Virus record (IMG/VR): IMGVR_UViG_3300029554_000001
Origin: a virus
Length of the DNA: 64,000 nt
Strand: one strand, 5' to 3'
Part shown: positions 44,935-54,153 of the stretch, piece by piece
Layout: the number at the start of each line of letters is the position of its first letter
Numbering within the stretch: position 1 is the stretch's first letter
Made by a program: the position numbers and the translations under genes
The notes under the pieces: model-generated
Database searches by the model: none
Told to the model about the DNA's origin: nothing
What the model saw: only the letters and a program-made list of their open reading frames with translations

Positions 44935-45005
44935 GCGGCGTAGTATAATGGTCAATGCGCACGGCTCTAACCCGTGAAATGCTCGTTCGATTCGAAGTCG
45001 CCGCT
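44935..45005 (+). tRNA. Candidate amber-suppressor tRNA (anticodon CTA)
   Basis: Perfect anticodon arm CACGG-CTCTAAC-CCGTG (44960-44976). Acceptor GCGGCG/CGCCGC, TA, D-arm GTA-TAATGGTCAA-TGC. T-loop TTCGATT with an imperfect stem GCTCG/CGAAG. No encoded CCA. Confidence 0.6.
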
Positions 45006-45112
45006 GAAATATCTAAGGAAAAGTATTTTTCCTTTTGACATATAAGCAGAATAAACAAAAAATTAAAATAAAAACTAAAGTAAAACAAAGAAATTAAAGG
45101 AGACAAAAAATT

Positions 45113-45568
45113 ATGTGTGACAACTGCAAGAACGACATTTCCCGACCGTCTAATTCTTCTATTGCTTATGGTGTTTATGAGAGTGGTGGCGTAGTCAAGG
45201 CTGAGGTAACTGATACTGCATTTGATGCAATGCATGTTATTACTCGTCTTTGTGAAAAGGCTGATATGAAGACTATTTCTCTCGAAGGTATTTGGGAGAA
45301 CACTCTTCTTGAAAACAGCTATCGTGGTAAGGCTAAGGTAAACCATGCTGATGGTGACAAGTTCGTTGAAGATATTGGTAAGGAATTTGCTCGTGGCAAG
45401 GCTCTTGAAAAGTATCATCGAGCATTTGACCGTAAGATTCTTGCAATGCTTCTTGATGCACGAGTTCTGGTTGCAACCATTGAACATTATTGTGCTAAGA
45501 AGAGCATCAACACTGAAAAGATTCCTTCGATTGAAGCGATTTCTAAGAAGCGCTTTGGTTGTAAGTAA
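45113..45568 (+). CDS. Hypothetical protein
   Basis: RBS AAAGGAG upstream; 151 aa. Confidence 0.65.
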   Translation: MCDNCKNDISRPSNSSIAYGVYESGGVVKAEVTDTAFDAMHVITRLCEKADMKTISLEGIWENTLLENSYRGKAKVNHADGDKFVEDIGKEFARGKALEKYHRAFDRKILAMLLDARVLVATIEHYCAKKSINTEKIPSIEAISKKRFGCK

Positions 45569-45739
45569 TTAAAAATAAAAAGTAGTCCGTTTAAAATTTT
45601 CATAAATTCACTCCAAAAAGAGGAAGAGGTCGAATGGCTTCTTCCTTTTTTTACACATTTTTTATAGAATTTTTTAATAAATGCTTGACAAGAAAAGATA
45701 TATATGGTAATATTTAGACAAATAGAAAGGAGAGTTGAT

Positions 45740-46159
45740 ATGGCAATTAATAACATTACATACGGAGAGGTTGAGGAATTTTTCTCGGAGCTTATTTCTC
45801 CCACAACTCCTAAAGCTCGTAAGTATTATGTTTATGGTACTTATCAAAGAGCTATTGAGGACGCAAAGGTTGAGAAGGAATTTGAAGATGTTTTCAAGAG
45901 TTCTGGTGGATATCAGTGGAGTTACAGTGCCACCATGATTGGTGAAGACATGTGCGTTATTACTTGGTATGACAAGGGAGAGGTAAAGGGCTATATTCCT
46001 TGTTATAAGGATAAAGAAGGACACATTCACGATTCTTCGGCTGCTTTTCTTGATTTTGATGAGGCAGTACTTGGGTGTGTAGCTTTTAAGAAAACCAATG
46101 AAGTAAATGCTGTTGAATGGATGTGCAAGCTTATTGCAAACAATGATTCAAAGCATTAA
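45740..46159 (+). CDS. Hypothetical protein
   Basis: Promoter TTGACA..TAATAT and RBS GAAAGGAG before ATG 45740. Confidence 0.65.
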   Translation: MAINNITYGEVEEFFSELISPTTPKARKYYVYGTYQRAIEDAKVEKEFEDVFKSSGGYQWSYSATMIGEDMCVITWYDKGEVKGYIPCYKDKEGHIHDSSAAFLDFDEAVLGCVAFKKTNEVNAVEWMCKLIANNDSKH

Positions 46160-46210
46160 AATTAAATTAAAGCAATAAAAATTTAAAACAATAAAAAGAG
46201 GTAAAATAAA

Positions 46211-46576
46211 ATGCGTAAGCTTAATACGATTCAGAAGAGAAACAACCTTAATACTGTGTACGCAGTGGATGAAAAGGGTGTTGGAAATGCCAATCATGTT
46301 TACAATGTTGTTGTAACTGATGGTCAGGGTAATGAGACTCCCTATTCTATTGCTTTCCAGAATGGTCCTCGTAAGGAAATGGATTCAATTCATGGACTTC
46401 TTGATACAGACCTTCTTGAGATTGTTCGTGACCGTCTTCAGGGATTTCAGTCTGGCGAGTTTGCTTGTCGTGAAAATGCGATTGCACTTACTCATCTCGA
46501 AGAGTGTTTGCTCTGGATGAATCTTCGTGTTGAAAATCGTGCAGAACGTGGAGTGCTTGGCACTAATAATAAGTAA
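46211..46576 (+). CDS. Conserved phage protein of unknown function
   Basis: 121 aa with IAFQNGPRKE...LLEIVRDRLQGFQSG.F.CRENA...LEE.L.W...R...R..RGV.GT, a pattern I recall from other phage hypotheticals. Confidence 0.65.
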   Translation: MRKLNTIQKRNNLNTVYAVDEKGVGNANHVYNVVVTDGQGNETPYSIAFQNGPRKEMDSIHGLLDTDLLEIVRDRLQGFQSGEFACRENAIALTHLEECLLWMNLRVENRAERGVLGTNNK

Positions 46577-47019
46577 TGATGGATGGAAAGAATCTTACTG
46601 TAATTAAAGGGGGGAAGGATGAAAATTCTTCTCCTTCTTTAGAAAATAGACCAATTCCAAAGTGCAAATTCTGTTCTCAGCCAATGATTGCTGGAGAGAA
46701 AGATACCTATTATTGCACTTGTAAGAATTATTTATCTTATTTGCGTTTATTAGAACAAATGCAAAAGTTAGAAGAAACTTATAAAACCAATATGGCTACT
46801 TATCAATCTATTGCTCAAAAGCTTTTGCAGGATTCTGATTACTATAAAAAGGTAATTGCTCTTACAAGAAAGAGACAGGAAGAAGAAAAAGAAGAAAAAA
46901 ATAATCCTAAGAAGCCAGTAAAGATAATTGACTTTACAGAAATAAACAATAATAAAAATAAGACAAAAGCTGAAGACGATGATATTTTAGGATATTATTG
47001 GTTTCCTCCAATTAACTAA
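46576..47019 (+). CDS. Hypothetical protein (Zn-ribbon plus K/E-rich tail)
   Basis: TAATG coupling; CKFC...CTC. Confidence 0.6.
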   Translation: MMDGKNLTVIKGGKDENSSPSLENRPIPKCKFCSQPMIAGEKDTYYCTCKNYLSYLRLLEQMQKLEETYKTNMATYQSIAQKLLQDSDYYKKVIALTRKRQEEEKEEKNNPKKPVKIIDFTEINNNKNKTKAEDDDILGYYWFPPIN

Positions 47020-47062
47020 ATTATTAATAAAACAAAGTAAAAAGAAAGGAGACAAAAAAAAT

Positions 47063-47344
47063 ATGCCACAGTGGGAAAGATGGCAAGGAGAATTACTTCA
47101 CAGTCTCCAAGATATTATAACATATAGTCATTTAGGACTTGTATTTACTTTAATTCCAAACGAAGAAATTTCTATAGACCAAGAAGAAAAAGATTTGCAT
47201 TTATCAATTAAAGCAATGGTTTATAAGAAATATTATAATTCTATTTCGCCCCCAAGATGGACTTGGAATGATTCTTTAGCATCCGCAAAAAATAATTTAA
47301 TGGTATTTATCAATGAATGGTTAAAGAGAAGGGGGCTGATGTAA
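47063..47344 (+). CDS. Hypothetical protein
   Basis: RBS AAAGGAG upstream. Confidence 0.6.
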   Translation: MPQWERWQGELLHSLQDIITYSHLGLVFTLIPNEEISIDQEEKDLHLSIKAMVYKKYYNSISPPRWTWNDSLASAKNNLMVFINEWLKRRGLM

Positions 47345-47352
47345 TACAGACG

Positions 47353-47715
47353 ATGGAAAATAATAATAAAAAATTGCATGGTATTTTAGGATTAATTCTT
47401 AATGCTTTTTACTTTTTTATTGGAGCTTATTATTTAACTACTTGTCATACGACAAGTATATTGTCATATATTGTTTTAGTAATAGCCTTCTCTGTTTATG
47501 TTGGGTATTGTTATACTTTTGGTGTTAAATGGGAGATTAAGCGTATTCAATCTAACGAAGAGAAAATTGAAAACATAGAAAAGAAAATCGAAACAATGGA
47601 GAAGAGTATCAATTATCTTATGGAACACTCTCCTTTAGATGAAGAAAAATATAATAGATATTTAGATATTTCTGAACAAGAGGGGTTTGACCCAATTACA
47701 CATCAGCGACTTTAA
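47353..47715 (+). CDS. Membrane protein
   Basis: Two TM helices followed by a coiled-coil segment. Confidence 0.55.
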   Translation: MENNNKKLHGILGLILNAFYFFIGAYYLTTCHTTSILSYIVLVIAFSVYVGYCYTFGVKWEIKRIQSNEEKIENIEKKIETMEKSINYLMEHSPLDEEKYNRYLDISEQEGFDPITHQRL

Positions 47716-47774
47716 AAAAATTTTTGAAAAGTATGTAATAAGCACTTGACAAAATAAAAGTTAAGTGCTATTAT

Positions 47775-48040
47775 ATAACCAAGCTAAAGGTAACACTTTA
47801 GCGAACAAGGAAAGGCTTAAGACAAGATGTAGCAAGCATTATTTAATTGATTTGGTTGTAAAGCGTTTCACCAACGCAGATTGCTACGACGAACTAAACT
47901 TGCTTAAAGGTAGCGGGAGCAATCCTCTAAAAGATTTCCGATGGTGGTTTGGAACTTCTCTATTTGGTGTAAGAAGGTAAATGGATAAGGCAACATTCGT
48001 GTTAGCGTTTATCGTGTAGGAAATTTTAGAGTAGATAAAA
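47775..48040 (+). ncRNA. Candidate ~260-nt structured leader or RNA
   Basis: Promoter TTGACA..TATTAT at 47746-47774. Helices GCTAAAG/CTTTAGC and GTAGCAA/TTGCTAC. The track ORF 47765-47980 starts inside the promoter and lacks an RBS. Confidence 0.35.
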
Positions 48041-48055
48041 AGAAAGGGAAATATA

Positions 48056-48418
48056 ATGTCTACTAAAATTTACGAAATTATTCCTTATGAAGTAGAAACT
48101 TTGAAGTGGGAAAAAGACAATTGGGAAGAAGTTGTAGAGTTTTTTAAAGCTCATAATGTTGAAATTAAGAATATTGTTAAATATTCTGAAAAGGCGCTTG
48201 AAAGTTTTAAAAAGCTTAATAAGACTTGGTTTGAAAAAAATATTGATAATGAAGGTAGACATGCTTTTGTTGCTTATAGACCGGAAGATGATTCTCATGA
48301 TGAATATGAAGAATTTGTTGAACTTGGGGATTATTTTGTAATTGGAAAAGATGGCTTAGTTTATGTAAAACATGGATTTAATTTTGAGAATATGTTTAGG
48401 GAGAAAGAAAATGTTTGA
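48056..48418 (+). CDS. Hypothetical protein
   Basis: RBS AAAGGGAAA upstream; 120 aa. Confidence 0.6.
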   Translation: MSTKIYEIIPYEVETLKWEKDNWEEVVEFFKAHNVEIKNIVKYSEKALESFKKLNKTWFEKNIDNEGRHAFVAYRPEDDSHDEYEEFVELGDYFVIGKDGLVYVKHGFNFENMFREKENV

Positions 48419-48788
48419 AGTTAAGTTTCTTCGTCATAACAAAGAAAAATACAGAAGCAATGTTTCTCAAGAGTATTCTTTCAAGAAAACTTTTAATACT
48501 GTAACAGAATTTATGCAGTATTTGGATAAAGCTCCTCGACTTTCTGTTTCAGTAGTTAATTATAGTGGTCTTAGTCATTCTGAATGGTATGCTTTTTGTC
48601 AAAAAAGGCATCAGAAACTTTGGAATGATAGACTTAAATATAAAAAAGAACATCCTGAAATTTCTTGGATTGACCAGTATCTTACGCCTGAGCACAAAAA
48701 AAGAGAATTCCTTAATTTGTTAAAAGGTGGAAAGTTTGAGCCTGCTCATAATCTTCCCAAAAATTATTATAAGAAGCATGATTTGTAA
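48411..48788 (+). CDS. Hypothetical protein
   Basis: ATG 48411 follows GGGAGAAAG and overlaps the upstream stop. Confidence 0.6.
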   Translation: MFEVKFLRHNKEKYRSNVSQEYSFKKTFNTVTEFMQYLDKAPRLSVSVVNYSGLSHSEWYAFCQKRHQKLWNDRLKYKKEHPEISWIDQYLTPEHKKREFLNLLKGGKFEPAHNLPKNYYKKHDL

Positions 48789-48806
48789 CTTAAATTGATT
48801 TAATAT

Positions 48807-48856
48807 AAAGTTGTCAAGAAAAAGTTTTTAGAACTTCTTGACAACTTTATTTTTTT
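48807..48856 (+). terminator. 14-bp perfect hairpin terminator whose 3' arm carries the next -35
   Basis: AAAGTTGTCAAGAA / TTCTTGACAACTTT followed by ATTTTTTT. Confidence 0.7.
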
Positions 48857-48866
48857 GTGGTATACT
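48838..48866 (+). promoter_or_regulatory. sigma70-like promoter embedded in the terminator arm
   Basis: TTGACA (48838-43), 17 nt spacer, TATACT (48861-66). Confidence 0.6.
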
Positions 48867-48898
48867 TTATTTACAAAAATATTCAAGGAGTTTTTGAA

Positions 48899-49144
48899 AT
48901 GGAAAAAACTTTTAATATCAAGTGTACGATGGAAGAAAGATGGATTGATTCTTTTCTTTCTATGTTACGTTATATGGAAGCCTGTGGAAAAATTGGACAT
49001 TCTACTTTAATTGGTTTCTATAGTGATGGTGATGGAGATTTCCGACCTCTGTTTGAACCTGATGTACAATTTAATAGAGATGATGGCTATGTTCCTGAAA
49101 AGGATAGTGGCAAAATCCCTTCGAGGATTTATGATGCTGGCTAA
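48899..49144 (+). CDS. Hypothetical protein
   Basis: RBS AAGGAG before ATG 48899. Confidence 0.6.
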   Translation: MEKTFNIKCTMEERWIDSFLSMLRYMEACGKIGHSTLIGFYSDGDGDFRPLFEPDVQFNRDDGYVPEKDSGKIPSRIYDAG

Positions 49145-49173
49145 AAGTTAGCCAAGATTGGAGACTTTAATGA

Positions 49174-49389
49174 TTGGAAGTATTGGAAAGTAAAACAGTT
49201 GTTCCTTTTACGCCAGAAGAATTTGCCGAAAGAGCGCAAGAGATTGTAGATTTATGTCAAGGTGATGCAACTCTTTTAAATGGTTGGGGACATAGAGCAA
49301 TGGATAGTTTAATGGAAGATGTGTTATGGTCTTTAGGTTTTGATAAACGGATTGAAATTTTTGACCAGCTACGTCGGGTGAGGTATTGA
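49174..49389 (+). CDS. Hypothetical protein (TTG start)
   Basis: 71-codon ORF; GGAGA upstream. Confidence 0.45.
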   Translation: MEVLESKTVVPFTPEEFAERAQEIVDLCQGDATLLNGWGHRAMDSLMEDVLWSLGFDKRIEIFDQLRRVRY

Positions 49390-49399
49390 AAGGCATAAT

Positions 49400-49948
49400 A
49401 TGAAACAAATTAGGAAAAATGTTTTTGAGACTAATTCTTCAAGTGTTCATTCATTGAGTATTAGTGGTAAAGATAATTATGATTATACTCAACTTAATGA
49501 TTATATTGAAGAAGATTATGGTCACAATGGTTACGGCAAGTATCTAAAATTAAATTTTGAATCTTTTGGATGGGGTTGGGACTCTGATTTAGATGAAAAT
49601 AGCGCAATAGCTAAACTTGAATATATCTTAACTGCGATAACTTGTTTCCAAGGTTATAATATTAATTGGAGCAGTAGAGAAGATAAAGAAGAAGCTATTA
49701 AAGAAGTTATGGAATCTGATGATTTCCAAAAGTTTGAAGATGATGTAAAGTATGCTCTTTCTAAACATGATATTCACATTATAGGAATTAAAATTAGTCC
49801 TGATGAAGATGGTTATGTAGACCATCAAAGTCTTGATTATTATGTTTCTGATGGGATGTATTATATTTTTGCAAGAGATGGAATTACATTAGAAGATTAT
49901 ATTTTTAATAAATGTTATAGTTTGATTATCGACAATGACAATCACTAA
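49400..49948 (+). CDS. FETNSSSxH-family protein, paralogue 1
   Basis: N-terminus MKQIRKNVFETNSSSVHSLSI, later DGYVDHQS. One of four paralogues. Confidence 0.7.
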   Translation: MKQIRKNVFETNSSSVHSLSISGKDNYDYTQLNDYIEEDYGHNGYGKYLKLNFESFGWGWDSDLDENSAIAKLEYILTAITCFQGYNINWSSREDKEEAIKEVMESDDFQKFEDDVKYALSKHDIHIIGIKISPDEDGYVDHQSLDYYVSDGMYYIFARDGITLEDYIFNKCYSLIIDNDNH

Positions 49949-49989
49949 CACAAAATAAAATAAAAGTGAAAATTTAAGGAGTATTATAA

Positions 49990-50196
49990 ATGTCTAATAA
50001 CAATAGTTGTATGTTTAAGTGCAAGAAGAAGAACTCAATTGATGGAAAGATTTATCGTGTATATCAGATTTTACCACTCCCTAGTCAGCTTGGTACTCTT
50101 GGTCTGATAGGCATTATGTATTGTGAACAGGACAAGAAGTTTGACGCTAATGATTTAAGCCAGTTTGAAATTATTGAAGAGATTTCCCTTCAGTAA
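49990..50196 (+). CDS. Hypothetical small protein
   Basis: RBS AAGGAG upstream. Confidence 0.55.
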   Translation: MSNNNSCMFKCKKKNSIDGKIYRVYQILPLPSQLGTLGLIGIMYCEQDKKFDANDLSQFEIIEEISLQ

Positions 50197-50295
50197 TTAA
50201 ATCAAAAAACTAACAAAACAATTTAATAAATACTTGACATTTACCTCTCCTTATGATATTCTCTTAATAGAAAAAAATAAGGAGAGTTGTTTTTT

Positions 50296-51090
50296 ATGAA
50301 CATTTATAATCAGTATAATCGCTTTGTTCATTTTGTCGGTGATATTCTTATTACTGACCCTTGTTATATTATCCGCGAAGACGGTAAGATGAATTACAAG
50401 ACTTATCCTAATATGGAAGATTATTATTCTAAATACAAGATTATTGGGAATGGGCATAAGGGTTATCCTACTCCTGATATGTATGAAGATGTTACTTGGG
50501 TTGACATGAAGAACCCCTGTATTTCTGCCACCGCTTCTAAAAGCGCTCTTTCTCCCGAGGAGGAACATGCTATTGCTGTAGCTTATCGTGATTGGCAGAA
50601 TGGAGAGCATACTAGTGACCCTAACATCCATAGGGTTTCTTTTTCTCCCACTTACGAAGCTGAAAACAAAGCTTACAACGAAGCTGTAACAAAGTGGGAA
50701 AAAGAACAGGAAGATGACTGGGGAAAGTGTTGCTGTGGAGGAGCCATGATGGAACTTGGTATTAAAACCTCTATTGTTTGCGACACTATTTATGGTGATT
50801 GGTCTTGCACTACTTATAATAGTTTAACTAAGAAAAAACTTGGAGAGTTCTGTGCTGATTCTGGTCAGGTTGGTATTTTCCTTATGAGCGAAGTTCTTGA
50901 ATACAACCCCAATCTTGACCTTCCCAAGCACTGTGCTACTATTATTAAAAACTTTGACGGACATATTCGTGTCAACAAGAAGAATAATGGCAAGTACACT
51001 TATGATGGCGAAGAATATGATGATATTGTTGCAGAGGTTGAAGGTGTCAGCAATACCTTGAATTTCAAAAGTGTTCAGACTGGATTTTAA
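50296..51090 (+). CDS. Hypothetical protein
   Basis: Promoter TTGACA upstream and RBS AAGGAGAG before ATG 50296. Confidence 0.65.
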   Translation: MNIYNQYNRFVHFVGDILITDPCYIIREDGKMNYKTYPNMEDYYSKYKIIGNGHKGYPTPDMYEDVTWVDMKNPCISATASKSALSPEEEHAIAVAYRDWQNGEHTSDPNIHRVSFSPTYEAENKAYNEAVTKWEKEQEDDWGKCCCGGAMMELGIKTSIVCDTIYGDWSCTTYNSLTKKKLGEFCADSGQVGIFLMSEVLEYNPNLDLPKHCATIIKNFDGHIRVNKKNNGKYTYDGEEYDDIVAEVEGVSNTLNFKSVQTGF

Positions 51091-51099
51091 GGAGATAAT

Positions 51100-51732
51100 A
51101 TGAAACAGATTAGACGTAATGTTTTTGAAACTAACAGTAGCTCAAGTCATTCTCTTGTAATTACGACTGACAATGAGCACTATACCAGAGAAGAAATTAA
51201 TAAAAATTTTTATATGACTGATGGTATCGTAAGATTGTGGGAGTCTTCTCTTGAATTTTATCGCTCTCCTTTTGACATGCTTGTGACTTTTAAGGATAAG
51301 CTGAGATATGCTATTGCATCTTCTAATGGCAATCTTGTAGACCAGTGTAGAGAACTTTGTTATAAGTATGTGGATGGATTTGTAGACTTTGAATTTGACA
51401 CCAAAGATTATGTTTGGGATTCAGAAGTTAAAGATTATGTAGAAACAGATGACCCCATTCCTAACTATGGTGGTACTGATGACTATCAAATTGAGGGATG
51501 GCTTAAGTATTATAATGTATCTCTTGAGGAATTTTTAACTAATAAGAAATATATTGTAGTTGTGGATGGAGACGAGTATTGCGTATGGTCTAATATTAAA
51601 GATTCTGGTTTGGTTGATGTAAAAAAAATTATTCACGATAGCTATGAAGAATCCGAAGCAGAATGGCGTGAGCAATATTTAGCTCGACTGGAAAAGGAGA
51701 AAAAAGATGCAGACTCCAAACATGAGGACTAA
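51100..51732 (+). CDS. FETNSSSxH-family protein, paralogue 2
   Basis: N-terminus MKQIRRNVFETNSSSSHSLVI. Confidence 0.7.
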   Translation: MKQIRRNVFETNSSSSHSLVITTDNEHYTREEINKNFYMTDGIVRLWESSLEFYRSPFDMLVTFKDKLRYAIASSNGNLVDQCRELCYKYVDGFVDFEFDTKDYVWDSEVKDYVETDDPIPNYGGTDDYQIEGWLKYYNVSLEEFLTNKKYIVVVDGDEYCVWSNIKDSGLVDVKKIIHDSYEESEAEWREQYLARLEKEKKDADSKHED

Positions 51733-52138
51733 GCACAAAATGAAGCGCTATGAATTATCTGATTATTTTCTTTCTTTGACTACAGGGGAACAAATTAGTC
51801 TCCTTACTAATACAGGGTTTAAAAAGGGGTTTTGGAGAGAACCTGAAAAGTTGAGTCATTATTGGATGACTTATCATTTTTGTCTTTTTAACTCCGAAAA
51901 AGAAAGAATTTCGTATGAATTTAGTTTTGATGTAGCGATTGACATTTATGACCTTAAATCTTGGAATGATTTTGATAATCTTGAAGTTATTGATGATGAT
52001 TTTGGTCAACCGTACTATGCTTTTTTTAGAGCTCAAGATAGCGGACATAGTTTTCCTTTTCTTGATATGATTATTAAGAAATATGAAAATCAAATGAGTA
52101 AATTGGTAGAAGCTAAAATTTTAAAAGAGGTAAATTAA
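51707..52138 (+). CDS. Hypothetical protein
   Basis: RBS AAGGAG 7 nt before ATG 51707. Confidence 0.6.
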   Translation: MQTPNMRTKHKMKRYELSDYFLSLTTGEQISLLTNTGFKKGFWREPEKLSHYWMTYHFCLFNSEKERISYEFSFDVAIDIYDLKSWNDFDNLEVIDDDFGQPYYAFFRAQDSGHSFPFLDMIIKKYENQMSKLVEAKILKEVN

Positions 52139-52576
52139 ATGAAGCAAATTCGTAAGAATGTATTTGAAACGAATTCTTCTTCTACTCATACCCTTGCCAT
52201 TTGTACCGAGGATGAGTATAAAAAATGGCAAGAAGGTAAAATGCTTTTTAACAAATGGAATGAAACTTTTATTAAAAACTCCATTAATATTACTAAGCAA
52301 GATAAAGTAGAAGCCGAAGAAAGATATAACACATATAAAGGGAAATATTATAAAGACTGGTCTGAACTTACAGAAGCAGAAAGAGACGAGTATACTTATA
52401 ATTATATTGCCCAGCAACGCAGACAGGAAAAGAGCTTTTCTTTTGAAGAGGATGGTTTGACCTATCAAGAATTTATGCAAGATTGTAGTAATGGGGGACT
52501 TGAAACCGAAACTTCTCGCTATATTTCCCCGAGTGGAGACAAGCTTGTTATTACTTGTGCTTATGGTTATAACTAA
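52139..52576 (+). CDS. FETNSSSxH-family protein, paralogue 3
   Basis: N-terminus MKQIRKNVFETNSSSTHTLAI. Confidence 0.7.
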   Translation: MKQIRKNVFETNSSSTHTLAICTEDEYKKWQEGKMLFNKWNETFIKNSINITKQDKVEAEERYNTYKGKYYKDWSELTEAERDEYTYNYIAQQRRQEKSFSFEEDGLTYQEFMQDCSNGGLETETSRYISPSGDKLVITCAYGYN

Positions 52577-52592
52577 TAGTTAAAAATATTTT

Positions 52593-52642
52593 AATAAGTC
52601 AAGGAGAATATTTTTTATTAACTCCTTGACTTATTTGTTTTT
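52593..52642 (+). terminator. 14-bp perfect hairpin terminator whose 3' arm carries the next -35
   Basis: AATAAGTCAAGGAG / CTCCTTGACTTATT followed by TGTTTTTG. Confidence 0.7.
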
Positions 52643-52654
52643 GTGCGGTATAAT
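52626..52654 (+). promoter_or_regulatory. sigma70-like promoter embedded in the terminator arm
   Basis: TTGACT, 17 nt spacer, TATAAT. Confidence 0.6.
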
Positions 52655-52680
52655 TTAATTACTCGAAAGGAGATGTAATT

Positions 52681-53079
52681 ATGCTCGAAGGAATTAATAT
52701 TATTAGTACAGAAGTAACTAAAGATGTAGACGTTTCTCTTTTTATTTTTATTTGTGGAATTGCTTGCGTTTTGATGTTTTGTTCAATCCAACTTCTAAAA
52801 GCTGGTTTTGGAATTACAAAATCTACTTCGCACAAACTCTTTAAAATTGTTTTTAACAGTTTAAATATTGTTATTTTAGGAATTTGCTTATTCTTTTCTT
52901 CTGTTATTGTAAGCAAAGCTCTTAATGATTGTTTTTTCAATCCAGTTTATACCACAAAATATACTGTAACAATTTCCGATGAAGTTAGCTACAATGAATT
53001 TACTAAAAAATATAAAGTTCTTGAATACAATGAAAAAGATAACACTTATGTAATTAGGGAGAAAGAAAATGTCAATTGA
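52681..53079 (+). CDS. Two-TM membrane protein, tandem paralogue 1
   Basis: MLEGINIISTE.., two TM helices, and C-terminal FNPVY..KY.V...D..S..F..KY......DN.Y.I.E. Confidence 0.65.
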   Translation: MLEGINIISTEVTKDVDVSLFIFICGIACVLMFCSIQLLKAGFGITKSTSHKLFKIVFNSLNIVILGICLFFSSVIVSKALNDCFFNPVYTTKYTVTISDEVSYNEFTKKYKVLEYNEKDNTYVIREKENVN

Positions 53080-53455
53080 AAATAATCCAGCAATTGAAGT
53101 ACTTAATACAGTTACAACTACAAGTAACGGAAACATGTTTATTCTTATTATGTCTGTTGTTATTGTTGTTATTGGAATTGCTGGTATATGCGTATTTATT
53201 GTAGATTGGGTTAAAAGAAGAGGGTCAATGGATGGATTTTGTGCTATTATTGTCGCAACAATTATTTTCTGCGTAATTGCAGGATTCAATGTTTATGCAA
53301 TGAAGCATCCAGTTGAAACTATTTCTTATGAAGTTAGATTTACTGACCCTGACCATTTTTCTTTAACTGATTATGAAAAACTTGAAGAAGACTATATTGT
53401 TTCCAGAAAAGGGAAAATTTACACATTAAAAGAAAGGGTTGACAAAGATGATTGA
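53069..53455 (+). CDS. Two-TM membrane protein, tandem paralogue 2
   Basis: Overlaps its neighbours; same TM and C-terminal layout. Confidence 0.65.
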   Translation: MSIENNPAIEVLNTVTTTSNGNMFILIMSVVIVVIGIAGICVFIVDWVKRRGSMDGFCAIIVATIIFCVIAGFNVYAMKHPVETISYEVRFTDPDHFSLTDYEKLEEDYIVSRKGKIYTLKERVDKDD

Positions 53456-53807
53456 TGGTGTTAATCTAATTACTACTGAAACTATTTGTATTTCTGGTGG
53501 TTTTTTAAGTAATTTAATTCCTGCTATTATTGCAGCACTAGGTTGTATTGTTGCAATTATTGTATCAATTTCTTGGGTTAAGAAAGAAGAAGCATGGGTC
53601 GCATTTTTCTTTTGTTTATCTATGGGTCTTTGTTTAGGTATTGTTTCTTTTATTTGTTTCAATGATGCCTTTAATCCAAGATATGAAGAGCGATATCTTG
53701 TTCAGTTAGACGATAAAATTTCTTCTGAGTTTATTGACAAATATGATATTGTAGAACGAAAAGATAATAATGTCTATATAATTAAAGAGAGGAATACAGA
53801 TGATTGA
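53448..53807 (+). CDS. Two-TM membrane protein, tandem paralogue 3
   Basis: MIDGVNLITTE.., ...FNPRYEERYLVQLDD....F..KY......NNVYIIKER. Confidence 0.65.
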   Translation: MIDGVNLITTETICISGGFLSNLIPAIIAALGCIVAIIVSISWVKKEEAWVAFFFCLSMGLCLGIVSFICFNDAFNPRYEERYLVQLDDKISSEFIDKYDIVERKDNNVYIIKERNTDD

Positions 53808-54153
53808 TGGTGTTGAAGTTTTAACTTCCGAAATGGTCAGAACATCTCCTGAATTTGATGAGCTAATTTTTGTTGGGATTCTTTTTATAGGTTTCGCCTT
53901 AGTTATATTTTATTGCTTTGGCTACTGTGTTAAAAACAAATTTGGTTGGTTAGCTCTTGTTAGTGCTATAGGTGTTATTTTACTTAGTTTGGTTGCTGGT
54001 AAGATGTTTAAAGATGCTTTCTTTCCAATCTATGAAGAAAGATATATGGTACAATTAAAAGAAGAAGTTTCTTTAGATTTTATAAAGAATTATGAGATTC
54101 TTGAAGATAAAGGAAATGATATCTATATTGTTCGAGAGAAAGGAAACGAATAA
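53800..54153 (+). CDS. Two-TM membrane protein, tandem paralogue 4
   Basis: MIDGVEVLTSE.., ...FFPIYEERYMVQLKE....F..NY......NDIYIVREK. Confidence 0.65.
   Translation: MIDGVEVLTSEMVRTSPEFDELIFVGILFIGFALVIFYCFGYCVKNKFGWLALVSAIGVILLSLVAGKMFKDAFFPIYEERYMVQLKEEVSLDFIKNYEILEDKGNDIYIVREKGNE

Noticed and set aside
32015-45487. Track ORFs overlapping tRNA and module sequences (32015-32357, 37314-37590, 39401-39595, 39706 start, 41310-41561, 43935-44120, 44927-45487)
   Set aside because: They coincide with tRNA cloverleaves or structured RNA, lack RBSs, and have atypical composition.
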